A stretch of 64,000 nt of DNA from Tubulanus polymorphus (GCF_964204645.1 NC_134036.1:5424600-5488599); one strand, 5' to 3'; positions 1 through 12,319 are shown, numbered from the stretch's first letter. Notes: generated by a model not told the origin, from the sequence alone. Numbers and translations are program-made.

Positions 1-30
1 ATGTCAAAAATGCGCATCATTAGACCCAGG
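1..30 (+). CDS. Probable upstream exon fragment of the GPCR (MSKMRIIRPR); the gene probably continues upstream of the window
   Basis: Frame 1 is open to AGG|gtaggt (donor at 31), phase 0, matching the phase 0 acceptor at 149/150. No clear signal peptide, so this is probably not the true N-terminus. Confidence 0.55.
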
Positions 31-149
31 GTAGGTATCAAAATAATTTTGCTCGCAGATTTAAACTTCATCGACGGAACTTCGTAAATATGATTTCGAA
101 CTGATAAAGATAATTATTTTTGTTTTTTTTACGAACCCCTAATAAACAG

Positions 150-1502
150 ATAGACAAAAGACTCAAACTGTTTACGAAGTCGCTGGCATTTTGGTCGCTG
201 CTTCCGTTTCCGACAAGGAAATTGAATTATCGTGTCAACCTGTACAGATTCAAATGGAAAGTTGAAATCTATGACGGTGATCTACAATTTCACATGCTGT
301 CTGTAAATTGTGAAAATGCTGGGTTCTACATCTATGACGGTGGTAATTTCAAAGCTAGACGCTACGGTCCGTATTGTCCCGCTAAACCGCGTTACGGACG
401 AAGTGTCGTCAGTCTGATAACATCAGGCGGCCCGGTCATCGTAGTAGGCTACATTTATAACAGTAGAAGCAAGGAACGGATGGCCAGCGGATCTCTAAAG
501 TTACGTCCGACCGACTGTGACGGTTATACTCTGCGTGAAGGAGAAAACCGGGTAACAATGCCGCAGACGCCACGCTGTTTCAGGATTACACCAGAAAACC
601 GAGCAGTTTTACTACAAAGCATTCACATATTATCACAGAGCGAATATGAGATCAGCGGATGCATGCGCGATAACACAACATCGCGCGCAACATGTAGATA
701 TGAAATGCGTCTCAGTATTCAGCGTCTCAATAACAGTCTCGTACTGCACACTGTCGCATTTCGGAGGGCGGACTTTTTCTGGATAAGACCGTACTTCGTC
801 GAATTGCGGCGCATTTGCCAAACATTGAGAAAACATGAAGCAATAGGTGACAGTTGGGAGCGAGCTGAAGGCGATTGCGGAATCGTGCAGTCACCAAACT
901 ACCCGGGATCATCTAGAACGTTGTCCGTTACGTTGGAATACTGGATCAATTTCCACAATGTTATGACCCGAATTCACTTTTATCGATTCGTAATCAAAAC
1001 CATGGAAAAGGCGCCGTGCATCAAGAAATCGCGTTCCTCACTTGAGTCCGTGGCGTTCGTCCAGGAGGTAAGATACCGGAGTAGCACTGGCAAATACGAC
1101 ACTGCCAGCCACGTTGTGAAACTATGCGAAACGTTTTCTGAACCGGGAGTTACGTTTTACAGTTTTATATATGCTGGGATGCGGTTCGAGGTGAAAAACC
1201 GAGTACCCAAATTTCGCATACAATACGTTCTACATGAGCGGTTACCAATAAAACAGCTTGCAAATGACTGTAAATCAGGATTTATCAATACGGGAATTTC
1301 TTGCATAAAATACATCAGAGATGAACGTCTGAATTGGGAGAATGCTGAATTGTACTGTAGACAGAAATACGCGGGACATCTACTCAGTATCAACTCAGAA
1401 CAGGAACTAGTTGCTATTAAAACATTATTCTCTACAAGACCGCTCATCTTAGAAGTGTACTCACAGAAAGCGCTCATAATGATGATCGGGTTAAAACTGC
1501 AG
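150..1502 (+). CDS. Internal exon of the same GPCR: CUB-like region plus first half of a C-type lectin domain
   Basis: Acceptor aaacag 144-149 and donor CAG|gtagag at 1503, both phase 0. A 77 bp intron (1503-1579) joins MMIGLKLQ to LATGYYTWTDG, rebuilding the CTLD 'IGL...WxDG..L.Y..W' motif. CTLD start CKSGF..SCIKY..LNWENAELYC..GHLLSINS; CUB-like motifs YIYDG..YGPYC and CGIVQSPNYPG. Confidence 0.88.
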
Positions 1503-1579
1503 GTAGAGTTCTGTATTCTAGGCCATACCTTTGTATGTTGATGAACGCGTTCGTAAATATCTGAGGGTTACTTTTTCAG

Positions 1580-4500
1580 CTTGCAACTGGTTACTACACG
1601 TGGACGGATGGTAAACCATTGAGCTACACAGAGTGGTATAAACCTACAAATAACGACACGATACCAGAAGTTATTCAAGGATTGATATCTCCTCTCAGAA
1701 AACAACCGATAAATGACGTCAATATGCTGTGTACGGCGATGATACTGAATAATCCACGAGGTTCGGCGAACTGGGTTCGATTCCCCTGCGAACTCGAAGA
1801 GAGTCACACGACTTTTATTTGCGAATTGGACAGAATAAGTGTCAGAAATTTAACTGAGAGAGAAAGCAACTCAACCAATAAGTCGTCATCCGAAACTAAT
1901 AAACAACACATTTCTAATTATAATACAGTAAATGCAACTTGTACAATGGGTTGGTTAGGTATAGCGGGGAAATGTTACCAAATACTGACAGATTGGAACA
2001 AAAACCGAAGTTTAGATATTGGGAAATCAAGAAAACTGTGTAATGGAATCCGCGGTGAAGTCGGTTTGATACAGGATCTGATGCAACTTCAAATGTTGAT
2101 TGGTAGAATTAATCATCAGCACCAATATGGCGCTATTCTAACTAAGGGTTTTTGGAATCAGTGGTTGAAAATAAAACCATTTGTTACAAGGGATGAAATT
2201 ACTTATGATCATTCGATTGACTGGGCATTGATACCGTGGTATAATCAATCAGATACAGCGCATTCTGTTCTGTGTTCATACAATGTAACTGATGAAGAGT
2301 TAACTTCTATCAGCGGTTGTAAATCGTGGCAGTTTGAATGTAACGATCAAAGATGTATCAGCGACCATCGAGTATGTGATACAAGACACGACTGTCGCCA
2401 CGGTGAAGATGAACTTAATTGTACGGATATAAATTTACACAGTCAGTTTCAATGCAATGATGGACAGATTATATCAGTAAGTGGTTTCTGTGATTTCATA
2501 CAGGATTGTGTGGATGGTTCTGATGAAAACGCATGTTTTCATCCCCCGTGTTTGTCCGGACAATTTCGCTGCCAAAGTGGTCAATGTATCAGTATTTCTA
2601 ACAGATGCGATGGATTCACTAATTGTAAAGACGGCTCCGATGAAATTGGATGTACTTCTCAAATGTGTCAAGGATTCCTGTGTAACAGTGGAGACTGTAT
2701 CAGTTCTCAGTTGTATCAGGATGGTGTCGTAGATTGCAGTGGAAGCCTTGAAGAAGATGAATTAGTAACAGCTACCAATGTTACAGTGAATCCTACTGTT
2801 CATTGCAACAACGAGAACCACTGTACGACTAACTTCACTAATTTCTGCATTGAATCTGACGAGCAAAGATGTTCTTTCAATTCTCCTCATTGTTATTCAA
2901 GACGTGACAGATGTATTCTAGAAAGAATGTCGCATGGTTACCCAGTTTGTAGAAATCTCGAGCACGTGTTAAGATGTGAAGAATTTGAATGTCCAGCTGG
3001 TACTGTAAAATGTCCAGCATCGTACTGTATACCGATCAGAGAGGTGTGCGATGGTCAATCAGATTGTCCTAATTCAGAAGATGAACAAAACTGCGAGACA
3101 TTTTCATGTCCGGGAATGTTTAAATGTGGCCACGAAAATCGATGCATCCCACAATTTGAAGTTTGCGATGGTTTCATAAGTTGTAAACATACAACTGATG
3201 ACGAGGCTTTCTGTAACGTAACCTGTCGTGAAGGTTGTATGTGTCAAGGTTATTTGATCGATTGCCGAAACGCTGGTTTAACAAATATTACTGATCTTTT
3301 TTCGGCATCAACTAGAGTTATAATTTTGTCAAATAACGAAATTATCTTGGATATGTCAGCATTCTTTTCATATATCTATTTGCGAATTCTCAATATCTCC
3401 TCCAATGAATTGTCTTATGTTTTACCCAAATCGTTCTCAAACCTGCATAACCTACATACATTAGACCTTACACACAACAACATCACATCATTATCTGCAA
3501 ATACATTCGTGGGTTTGTATAGTTTGAAAGAGCTATACGTAACTGAGAATCCTTTACGTCATTTAGCAAACGATGCCTTTCAAGATTTGAGATCGCTCGA
3601 GGTTTTCGATCTTCACGGACTTGGGTTATTAGTGCTTAGTAGGAACGTGTTTCGAGGTTTATATAAATTACAGTCGTTGAATATCAGCAGTAACAGAATC
3701 CACCATATTTCGCTTTACGCATATTCCGGATTAACTTCACTTGAAACCCTTGATATAACCAACAACTACAAAGTTATTTCTGTCGACAGAAATGTTTTCA
3801 ACAATATGACATCATTAACCTCCTTGATGTCTGATGCGTACAAATTTTGCTGCATGGCTCCAAATGTTGACTACTGCCTTCCTGAAGCTGATCAATTTTC
3901 CTCCTGTTCTGATCTGATGGGTAACACAGTCCTCAGAGCTATCATTTGGGTGATCGCTTCATTCAGTTTTCTTGCTAACGGAATTGTCATTTCTCTTCGC
4001 GTTCAGGAAATTCGATTCTCCTCCTCTAATACATTTTCAGACATCATCATCATCAATGTTGCTGCGTGTGATTTTATGATGTCAATATATTTGTTTCTGA
4101 TCGCTGGGGCTGATTATACTTATAAAGGCATCTACTTTCTCAATTCGGAATCGTGGACGGACAGTGTATTTTGTCGACTTGCTGGAGTAGTGGTCACTAT
4201 TTCTTGTGAAGGTTCGTTGATGTTTTTGCTAGTTATGACGCGTCATAGGTTCTCAAATATCGTCAATCCATTTTCTGGGAGCCCGATTACATCCGCGAGA
4301 TATGTGTGCATTATTTGTTGCACATGTTGGATTGTCTTGTGTGTCATTGTATTACTACCTCTTACATCTATATCTTACTTTGGGGACAATTTCTACGGTA
4401 CAACTGGAGTTTGTTTACCGATGAATTTAATTTCAATTGAAGTCAAAGCCTGGGAATATTCATTCGCTATTTTTTCATTATCCAACTCAGTCATACTCAC

Positions 4501-4816
4501 TATGATAATGACGACTTATGCGCAAATGTACAGACTCGTGTCTGGAAGCAGGTCTGGTTCGGGTAGAATTGATCCTACTGAACTAGTTTTAGCGCGCAGG
4601 AGTTTGGTGATAAATCTGTGTAATTTATTTTGCTGGCTGCCATTAATTATCGTTCAGTTTTGCGTGGTATTTCGGGTGGAAATACCGAATCAGGTGGCGG
4701 CTTGGCTGGCGGTTCTTTTCTTACCGATCAACTCGTCCCTCAATCCCCTTCTTTACACCATACTGACTATCGACATGAACTCCGTAAGGGCGAAAACTAA
4801 ACGCTGGCAAAATTAA
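1580..4816 (+). CDS. GRL101: Terminal 3.2 kb exon of a GRL101-like (LGR/RXFP-related) rhodopsin-class GPCR: end of C-type lectin domain 1, degenerate CTLD 2, ~7 LDLa repeats, LRRNT plus ~8 LRRs, hinge, 7TM
   Basis: LDLa repeats (e.g. CLSGQFRCQSGQCISISNRCDGFTNCKDGSDEIGC), LRRs (LHTLDLTHNNITSLSANTFVGL), LGR hinge YKFCC..CLPEADQFSSCSDLM, seven hydrophobic helices with CWLP and LPINSSLNPLLY. Acceptor ctttttcag at 1571-1579 opens in frame (LATGYYTWTDGKPLSYTEW), so the TTG start at 1619 is not real. The symbol denotes family membership; orthology is not established. Confidence 0.93.
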   Translation, partial: LATGYYTWTDGKPLSYTEWYKPTNNDTIPEVIQGLISPLRKQPINDVNMLCTAMILNNPRGSANWVRFPCELEESHTTFICELDRISVRNLTERESNSTNKSSSETNKQHISNYNTVNATCTMGWLGIAGKCYQILTDWNKNRSLDIGKSRKLCNGIRGEVGLIQDLMQLQMLIGRINHQHQYGAILTKGFWNQWLKIKPFVTRDEITYDHSIDWALIPWYNQSDTAHSVLCSYNVTDEELTSISGCKSWQFECNDQRCISDHRVCDTRHDCRHGEDELNCTDINLHSQFQCNDGQIISVSGFCDFIQDCVDGSDENACFHPPCLSGQFRCQSGQCISISNRCDGFTNCKDGSDEIGCTSQMCQGFLCNSGDCISSQLYQDGVVDCSGSLEEDELVTATNVTVNPTVHCNNENHCTTNFTNFCIESDEQRCSFNSPHCYSRRDRCILERMSHGYPVCRNLEHVLRCEEFECPAGTVKCPASYCIPIREVCDGQSDCPNSEDEQNCETFSCPGMFKCGHENRCIPQFEVCDGFISCKHTTDDEAFCNVTCREGCMCQGYLIDCRNAGLTNITDLFSASTRVIILSNNEIILDMSAFFSYIYLRILNISSNELSYVLPKSFSNLHNLHTLDLTHNNITSLSANTFVGLYSLKELYVTENPLRHLANDAFQDLRSLEVFDLHGLGLLVLSRNVFRGLYKLQSLNISSNRIHHISLYAYSGLTSLETLDITNNYKVISVDRNVFNNMTSLTSLMSDAYKFCCMAPNVDYCLPEADQFSSCSDLMGNTVLRAIIWVIASFSFLANGIVISLRVQEIRFSSSNTFSDIIIINVAACDFMMSIYLFLIAGADYTYKGIYFLNSESWTDSVFCRLAGVVVTISCEGSLMFLLVMTRHRFSNIVNPFSGSPITSARYVCIICCTCWIVLCVIVLLPLTSISYFGDNFYGTTGVCLPMNLISIEVKAWEYSFAIFSLSNSVILTMIMTTYAQMYRLVSGSRSGSGRIDPTELVLARRSLVINLCNLFCWLPLIIVQFCVVFRVEIPNQVAAWLAVLFLPINSSLNPLLYTILTIDMNSVRAKTKRWQN

Positions 4817-4926
4817 AAAGATCGAATAGCAAAGAGTGGTTGGTATATATCTTCAGGCAAAACGATGTTTCAATTTCATTATCTGGTGTTTATCATTATT
4901 TCACTTTAAATGTGATACGTTATCAC

Positions 4927-5215
4927 TTAACCCTTCTTCTAGAAGGGCATATCTATCAGTATCAGCCGGTGCTGCCATCTGCATAAAATCCAAGATGGCA
5001 ACAGCCAGGAAAAAACAATTTGGCTGGATGAAACGGTTCAGCAGCTCGTATATGATGCTGACATTGATGCGGGTGACTTGGAATTTGGTAGTGAACAAAT
5101 TGAGAGTGACAACGAATATGACAGAAGCAGTTCAGATGATGAGACTTAGTCAGAAAATCGGTTAATAGTGCCGGCTATGATTTTGATGATGAAAATGAAA
5201 TCAGTGACAATTTTT
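4927..5215 (+). mobile_element. Possible degenerate piggyBac-like transposon 5' end with frameshifted acidic transposase N-terminus
   Basis: TTAA-CCCT at 4927-4934; ATG 4995 MATARKKQF, then frameshifted DETVQQLVYDADIDAGDLEFGSEQIESDNEYDRSSSDDET*. No catalytic domain or right end found. Confidence 0.35.
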
Positions 5216-6319
5216 TTAGACCCTGTTGATAAATCTTGTAGACGAATTAAGGTCCTAACTGGACCGTTTTACGCGGGCCTACCTTACGCTGCATAACCTT
5301 TTGTGTACAAGGCTAGCCATACTTGTTAAGATAACACTATAACAACTGGTACATTAATTAAAACCGAAACTCACGTGACACTAAATGAATTCTGACAATA
5401 GATAGATGCGCGGTTCTAGGTTTTTTTTAAAGGACAAACGATTTGGTTCAATTTCAATGAAATCCTAGTGGTGAGAATGAGAACCATTTTCATTAAACAC
5501 TAAACCGCACTATACTTCTTAAATCGCGATTGAAGATCATCACTCCAAATACAGAGCTCGCCTTCCAACCTCGCCAAATGCGTGTCAATTCCAAGACGTT
5601 TAAGAACAGTAATCACTTTGAAGGAAACAGTTGCTTAAGCCTTCAATGCTTAAGCCTTGGACCTTTGTTCGAAACTTTTGTTTTTTTTATATTCGTTATT
5701 AGTACTCTCGATAATTCCTCTGAGCTCTAGTGCGGAATTAACTCTAGAAATGTATTCAAACAATCCTCTGTGGTCATAATATATACATATTACTCATTAG
5801 AAAAATATAACGAACCCACAGAAGAAAGACTATGTCATAAATCTTATAACTTAGTCTTTCTTCTTTGGGCATGAATTTTGAACTAAAGAATGCCTCGAAT
5901 AGAATTTCAACGAAAATTAATTTTTTTTAGAATATATATTTGTAGATCGTTTATGAGTTCGAAATTTACCCCGAGTTTACTAATCAGTTATGATTGTATA
6001 TAATAGATAATTTGAAGGAACTAATTGCAAAAACAATATCAATTCCAATCATCTGGATACTATTGAAACATCAGACCAATAGCGAGTGAGGATATCATGA
6101 GTATAGGAACAACCTACAGACGAAATAGGTACGTTCTATCGGACTATTCACACGCGGAAAACGAACAACAAAAATGTAGAAAATATCAGAAATGATCTTC
6201 AACCTTATAAAATAGTTTCCTCGCAAAATCTCGATGTATTAAATTAGGCAGTCAACAAAATTTTAGTTTACAATTTCAAACTATCAACTTCGATTCAATC
6301 AAAAAATGCTGTAATTTCG

Positions 6320-6490
6320 ACCGTCGATCGCGCAACTATATCTGTACTTCGATTTCCGATTTCAAAATCAAACCCCCTGTTTCGCTCCCGGCAGGTGTGT
6401 AGCGGGTTCGTAAGGGACAACAATCAAGTCAAATCAAATGAATTCTACTAATTAAATAGATGATAGGGTCAATCTTACGAGATCTACTTA
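6320..6490 (+). repeat. Dispersed ~200 bp SINE-like repeat family, copy 1; other copies ~8445-8660(-), 9050-9200(+), 20420-20505(+), 35225-35300(-), 36590-36695(-), 42250-42375(+), 54800-55000(-)
   Basis: Shared core tacttcgatttccgatttcaaaatcaaacccc.tgtttcgctcccggcaggtgtggtgggtttgtaagggacac..aatc...aaatcaaacgaaat at about 8 loci in both orientations. Confidence 0.8.
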
Positions 6491-6499
6491 AGATTGTAG

Positions 6500-6703
6500 T
6501 TGAAGATCAAAAAGATTGTACTTTAAGGTCAAAATTTCATTTTGCTTAATAAATTGTTACATCAGTACAAGTAATCATTTCAAAGATGATAAGAATCAAG
6601 AAGATCAAAAATATTGTACTTTAAGATCAAAACATTTTTTGAATTTCATTTTGCTTAATTAAATTGTTACATCGGTACAAGTTATCATTTCAAAGATGGT
6701 AAG
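6500..6703. repeat. Tandem duplication of ~100 bp
   Basis: gaagatcaaaaa.attgtactttaag...gttacatc.gtacaagt.atcatttcaaagatg.taag occurs twice. Confidence 0.8.
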
Positions 6704-9577
6704 CATAATCGCATCTCTTGAAAAAAGAAACGACTGTAAGATCGACGCCGCATCTTGAGAAGAGGCCAGGGACGTAATGAGAAAGTATTGAGCGTTGAAG
6801 AGTAAGTGATAGTCGGGACGATTAATCACTTTCAGAAGATCATTTAATTTGACTGTATTGATTAGCCGAAGTTTTATTCCTAAATTGCGAAAACGTATGA
6901 GTGAATTCCGGTCGAGTCACAGGATCCAATGTATATTTTACACCATGTTTTTTTGGTAACAACCCCTCTTCGGAGGCGAAAAAATTGCCTATTCACTTTT
7001 AGCGAAATAGTGTGGAAAAGGTGGAGCTGAAATGATGCGTTTAGTTTATGTAGGTGGACACCGACGTAATTTACAGCGGTGTTTTTGCATTTAGGACGTA
7101 TAAAATTACCACGACGTAGAAAACTGGTTTTAACGAGCGCATTCTCAAATGGTAACACGGCCTCACTCTTCCGAACAACAACCGGATTCGTTAAGAAGCT
7201 TCGAAGCGATAGAACGGCGACCGCATCGACGCCGCCGAGATGCCTAGCTTCTTACTTGTACCGATAGATGGCGCCACGGTTTTCTGCGGACGGAAATTAC
7301 GGGCGCGACAATTCGATCGAATTCTAGCGGTTTAGAAATACGACCTCGCACGTGGAATTTAGTGTGTTTTCTAACCGACTAACCTCGTCGGGCTAATGTC
7401 TTCTATTTTCGCTGTCGTCTAGTTCATTAAGCATTCACCTCATACCCCAAAAACCGCAATACAGAACAAGTAAGGACGATGAGCTTTTTTTGTAATCGCG
7501 CTGATCGAATATCTAATGTCTGGTGTTTGTTGTTCATTTTCAATCGAACATGTCTCGGGCTAAGTACTGACCATATCTGAAGTGTGGACACACTCTCAGG
7601 TTTTTTTTCGATTTAAATGTCGATGATAAAAATTGTCTTATGTTGCGCGACCCCCTTTTTCCGACCAAGTGACCTTTGAATTTTCTCCCGACGAATTTTG
7701 TTTATAGAAATGAAATTGCGGGAATGAATTTCAGTCCATATTTTAACCGGGCAATTGCTCAGAAAATTGATGAAAGCATATTTTTTTTACTATACGACTT
7801 ACCTTGTCGGAAGAACGTATTTGCGCAGTCGATAGCTCGACGAAACGCTTTACTCGGCATCGCGCGGCCGCACGCGCGCAGTTCAGACTCAACTTCAATA
7901 TACCTTCATCGTACACCTGAAAAGACGCGAAAGAAAACATGCGTCAGCGATCAGTTTTTGAAAGTCTGTTGATGAAATCACCGATGCCCGGTGTTTGCAG
8001 TTCATTTTCAATTGAAAATGTCTCAGGTGAAGCACTGAACGCATGTGAAGTGTGGGACCGTCAGTTTTTGATAGTGTGCTGATAAGTCTTATATCTGGCG
8101 CTGAAAACAGAGTAATAATAATACATCAGTTTTGAAAATCTCGAATTAACCAAACGTTGCTGTGTCGAGATATTACGATGAACCACATCCACCTGAAACA
8201 AAGAGGGTTGTTTACGATAGGTTATTCGGATTAAAAAAAAAAAAAACTGTCATAACATATATATAAATTCTATTTTTGCTTCGTTTCGCGTATATGACGA
8301 GCCGCACGAGACCCGGGTTCGAACCCGGAGAGACCGCGCGTTGAATTTCACCCTCACTTCTCTCAATCGTTATACGCCTATATACAAAATAAACTGGAAA
8401 ATAATCGCAAAATTTGCCGACTAAAAACGCACCAGCGCGGTTTCGATCTTAAAATAGCGATTGTCCTCGTTATCTATTCATTTGGTTGGTAAATTTCGTT
8501 TGATTTTTCGATTGAGTGTCCCTTACAAACCCACCAAACCTGCGGGGGGCGAAACGGGGGGCTTGATTTTGAAATCGGAAATCGAAGTACAGATATAGTT
8601 GCGTGATCGGCGGTCGGGTTAACAGAATATTTTTAAATCGAAGTACATAATTGGAAATTCGGTGCCGGATCAAAAATGAAAAAAAAAAACGCACCAGCGC
8701 GGTTTCCGCGTTTTTCTTGCGCTGGTCTACATTAAGGTTCCGATTTCTTTTCGACGTATACGCGATGTATAATGCGCATAGTTTTGAAACGGGATACGAC
8801 GTTGGCGAGCGCCGAGCGCCGGGATGTTGACCGCTTACGAGAGGCAGAGCTCTATGAATTATTCAGAGCCGAGCGTTGTGTTCGCAACTGGAGATCAAGC
8901 AGCGGCGAAGAACTGGACCCGAGTCGGACATCGCTAAAGCGATTGTCGATTGCATCGCGATCTTAAAAGATGCGCGGGTATAGAAACCGCGGACATTCAC
9001 TTCTACGTTTGTGTATATGCCACGATAAAAACTAATATCTACGGTAGAATTCGTCGTACTTCGATTCCCGATTTCAAAATCAAACCCCATGTTTCGCTCC
9101 CGGCAGGTGTGGTGGGTTTGTAAGGGACACTCAATCGAAAAATCAAACGAAATTTGATACCAACCGAATGAATAAATAACGGGAACAAACCCTATTTTAG
9201 GATTTTAAAAAAAGAATTCGTCGACGATAAACAATTCGACGACGATCACGAAATCGAAGGAAACATCAAACCACACAGGAAACTAGAACTTAACCGAGTC
9301 GGAACGAAATCAAGACCGTTTACTAGGTTTTTTTTACCGACGCATCGAAGCGTTCGGAAAGTACGCACCTCAAAATCTTCGAATTTTCCCCGTACCGCCA
9401 CCTTTGTACGAAATTTCCTGACCATACACCCCCCCCCTCCTCTAAGGTAAGTACCTCGCGATAACCGAAACCGATTTTTTCACGGAACTATTCACAACGG
9501 TCGCCTGCGGTTTGAATCTATTTTTTTAAAACTTAGAACGGAAACGTTTTGTTCGCATTTGCAATAATTGACGCATA

Positions 9578-10247
9578 AGCCGCGATCGTACGAGCGTTTT
9601 GTGGCCCGGCACAACACTGTTCACACGGTCGCCAAATGGGCTCGGGCCGAACAGGCCGAATTAGGCCCGACCAAAAACGTCGGCCCAGGCCCGAGCCGAA
9701 TTTTAGCGCGGGACAAGTGATTGCGTTTCAATAAGGACTTCGTGCCACCAGCTATCCCGCTAGATGGCGTGCGTAACAGTGCGACAACCTAGTCAAAATC
9801 TAGTTCATTTTCGATGAACTTTCATCTAGATTTTTAAGCCTCCCTCATCAGAAATTAGGCAAATCACTGCTCTTGATAAACTCAGATGATCTTAAGGTTC
9901 ATATGTGAGGTGTTTTTTACTAATCACCATTCACAGAGAAATTTTGGATAGACTTTAATTGAATATGAGAAGAATCCGGGAGTTGCAGTCTGAGGGCACG
10001 CTAGCGAATCCTCACTGCATCCTCGCTTGCCACAAGTGGAATATTAGATTGCCACAGTCGAACGTAGAGCCCTCATTGCGACTGGTACCGGAAATGACCC
10101 ACTTCGCTTTGTCCGAGCATTGTTGAGTATCGAGCGAGTGGTTTGCGCGTAAACGCGCTCTCTAATTAGGCACGACGCAAATTTGGCTCGAGCCTGATCC
10201 GTGCCAATTTGGCCCGTGCGCCAAATCGTCTCCGTGTGATCGCGGCT
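9578..10247. mobile_element. MITE-like element (PIF/Harbinger-type TWA context)
   Basis: Terminal inverted repeats aagccgcgatc / gatcgcggctt with TAA/TTA flanks, and subterminal inverted ggcccg/cgggcc and ccaaat motifs. Confidence 0.45.
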
Positions 10248-10799
10248 TTAAGGCACACCCCAGATACGCTCTCCAATGTAAAGTATATACGTAACTTGTT
10301 TAGGTTACCCATTTAGCATGTTTACACCATCCCTCTCCCTATCCGACACACGTACGTACCTAACTTGGGCACTTGCAAAATTTGCTGGCCGAGATTAGGG
10401 AGCCGCCATATATCTTATCTTTTTTTTTCAGTTAGAATAAATCAGACAGTATTAATCCGTCGACGAGTGACGTAGAAATGACTATCCTTACAAATCGAAT
10501 AATCGATTAATATCAATTAGCGAGAATTCGACACGACGAGATGAATATTTTTACGGTCAATTCGACGTCACACTCCTCCGCGCGTCTCTCGTACGGCTTC
10601 GGATTATCGTGTTTCGAGTATTAGAACGCCGTTTAAAGACGGCGACGATATTCATTGTTGTCGGAGAAAGTAGAAAAGAATGAAAAAGGATAAAGAAATA
10701 AATTCGATTAAAGCTTGTTGAGTTTGAAAAGGTTTTGCTTACGTCGGTAAAACTTTTGAAAAGCTATGACGGACGCTTTGTCGCGAAATCTAAACATGT

Positions 10800-11470
10800 T
10801 TTACATTTGACGCCTGTACCGCGGTATTCAAACACTGGTTTACATTAAACAACCTTTCAGTAACTGACCCCTGTACCGTGGTATTTAAACACTGGTTTAC
10901 ATTAAACAAATTTCAGTAACTGACCCCTGTACCGCGGTATTAAACACTGGTTTACATTAAACAAATTTCAGTAACTGACCCCTGTACCGCGGTATTAAAC
11001 ACTGGTTTACATTAAACAACCTTTCAGTAACTGACGCCTGTACCGCGGTATTTAAACACTGGTTTACACTAAACAGCCTTTCAGTAACTGACCTCTGTAC
11101 CGCGGTATTAAACACTGGTTTACATTAAACAACCTTTCAGTAATTGACCCCTGTACCGCGGTATTTAAACACTGGTTTACATAAAACAACCTTTCAGTAA
11201 CTGACCCCTGTACCGCGGTATATAAACACTGGTTTACATTTAACAACCTTTCAGTAACTGACCTCTGCACCGCGGTATTTAAACACTGGTTTACATCAAA
11301 CAACCTTTCAGTAACTGACCCCTGTACCGCGGTATTCAAACACTGGTTTACAGTAAACAACCTTTCAGTAACTGACCCCTGTACCGCGGTATTTAAACAC
11401 TGGTTTACATTAAACAACCTTTCAGTCACTGACCCCTGTACCGCGGTATTTAAACACTGGTTTACATTAA
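10800..11470. repeat. 57 bp minisatellite array (family A), ~12 units
   Basis: Unit acctttcagtaactgacccctgtaccgcggtatttaaacactggtttacattaaaca; explains the repetitive ORF 11064-11429. Confidence 0.97.
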
Positions 11471-12319
11471 AGTACTTTTAAGTTACTTGTCACCTTACCG
11501 TGATGTAGGCCAAAGCTGACTTCTAAGTGCAATTCTATTCTCTTTAAGCCTTTTAACGCTAAACGAACAACCCGAGAATCAGATGTAACCAGTTTCATCC
11601 GTTCTATTTTCAAGGCGTGATAGAGTGAACTGAATTGCATTGTCATATCAATAAGCATACCGAAACGACATTGTACCTACCACAGAATATTAAATCTTAA
11701 AGTTCGAAGTTAAGTTCATCGTCATCGAGGTAACGTAATCAACGATAAAAGGTGAAAGAATCGACAGAAAATAACGCGATAATACAACAAACTACTTACA
11801 GCTATAGATAGTAATAGCGGGAGTAACTGATTATAACGAAGTATAGTGTCGACCTATTGTTCGGTCGGAGCTCCGCGTCTTTCGCGACTTTTCCGATAAC
11901 AATGTTTTCAATGCGCTTAATTCGCTAAGCGGATTCGAATCAAGATAGAAATCATTCGTCTCGTTATACACGCGCACACAAAAAAAATCGGTTCCTCCTT
12001 GAACCCGCGGCGTATTTTATCTAATATATCTTCGAATGGCGCCGACGCGTTCTATAGAAATTTCGAATAAAAACGCCTTCCGAAAGCTAGAATCTTTATT
12101 CGCATTTGTCCCGCGAACCATGAACAAGAAAAACTGGAACATTATTTGACATTTCGACTCAGCGATTATTCGTACGAGGTTTTTACAAAATCGTGTGGCA
12201 ACATCTGATTAAACTACTTTCTTATAGTTCATCTCAGAAATCGTGGGGTTTTCTCTAATACACAAACACCCGCTAATGGTCTAAGAAACACAATGAACTC
12301 ATTTCATTCGAAGAACAGG

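Noticed and set aside
1619-1621. TTG start for the 1065 aa ORF as an independent gene
   Set aside because: The frame is entered by splicing at 1580, in the middle of a lectin domain.
9812-9852. Possible hammerhead on the minus strand (CTGATGA...GAAAGTTC)
   Set aside because: No credible stem II or stem I pairing; at best heavily decayed.
10800-11470. Regular arrays (57, 60, 66, 92 bp) as CRISPR-like arrays
   Set aside because: Units are repeated end to end with no unique spacers, there are no cas genes, and the context is eukaryotic.
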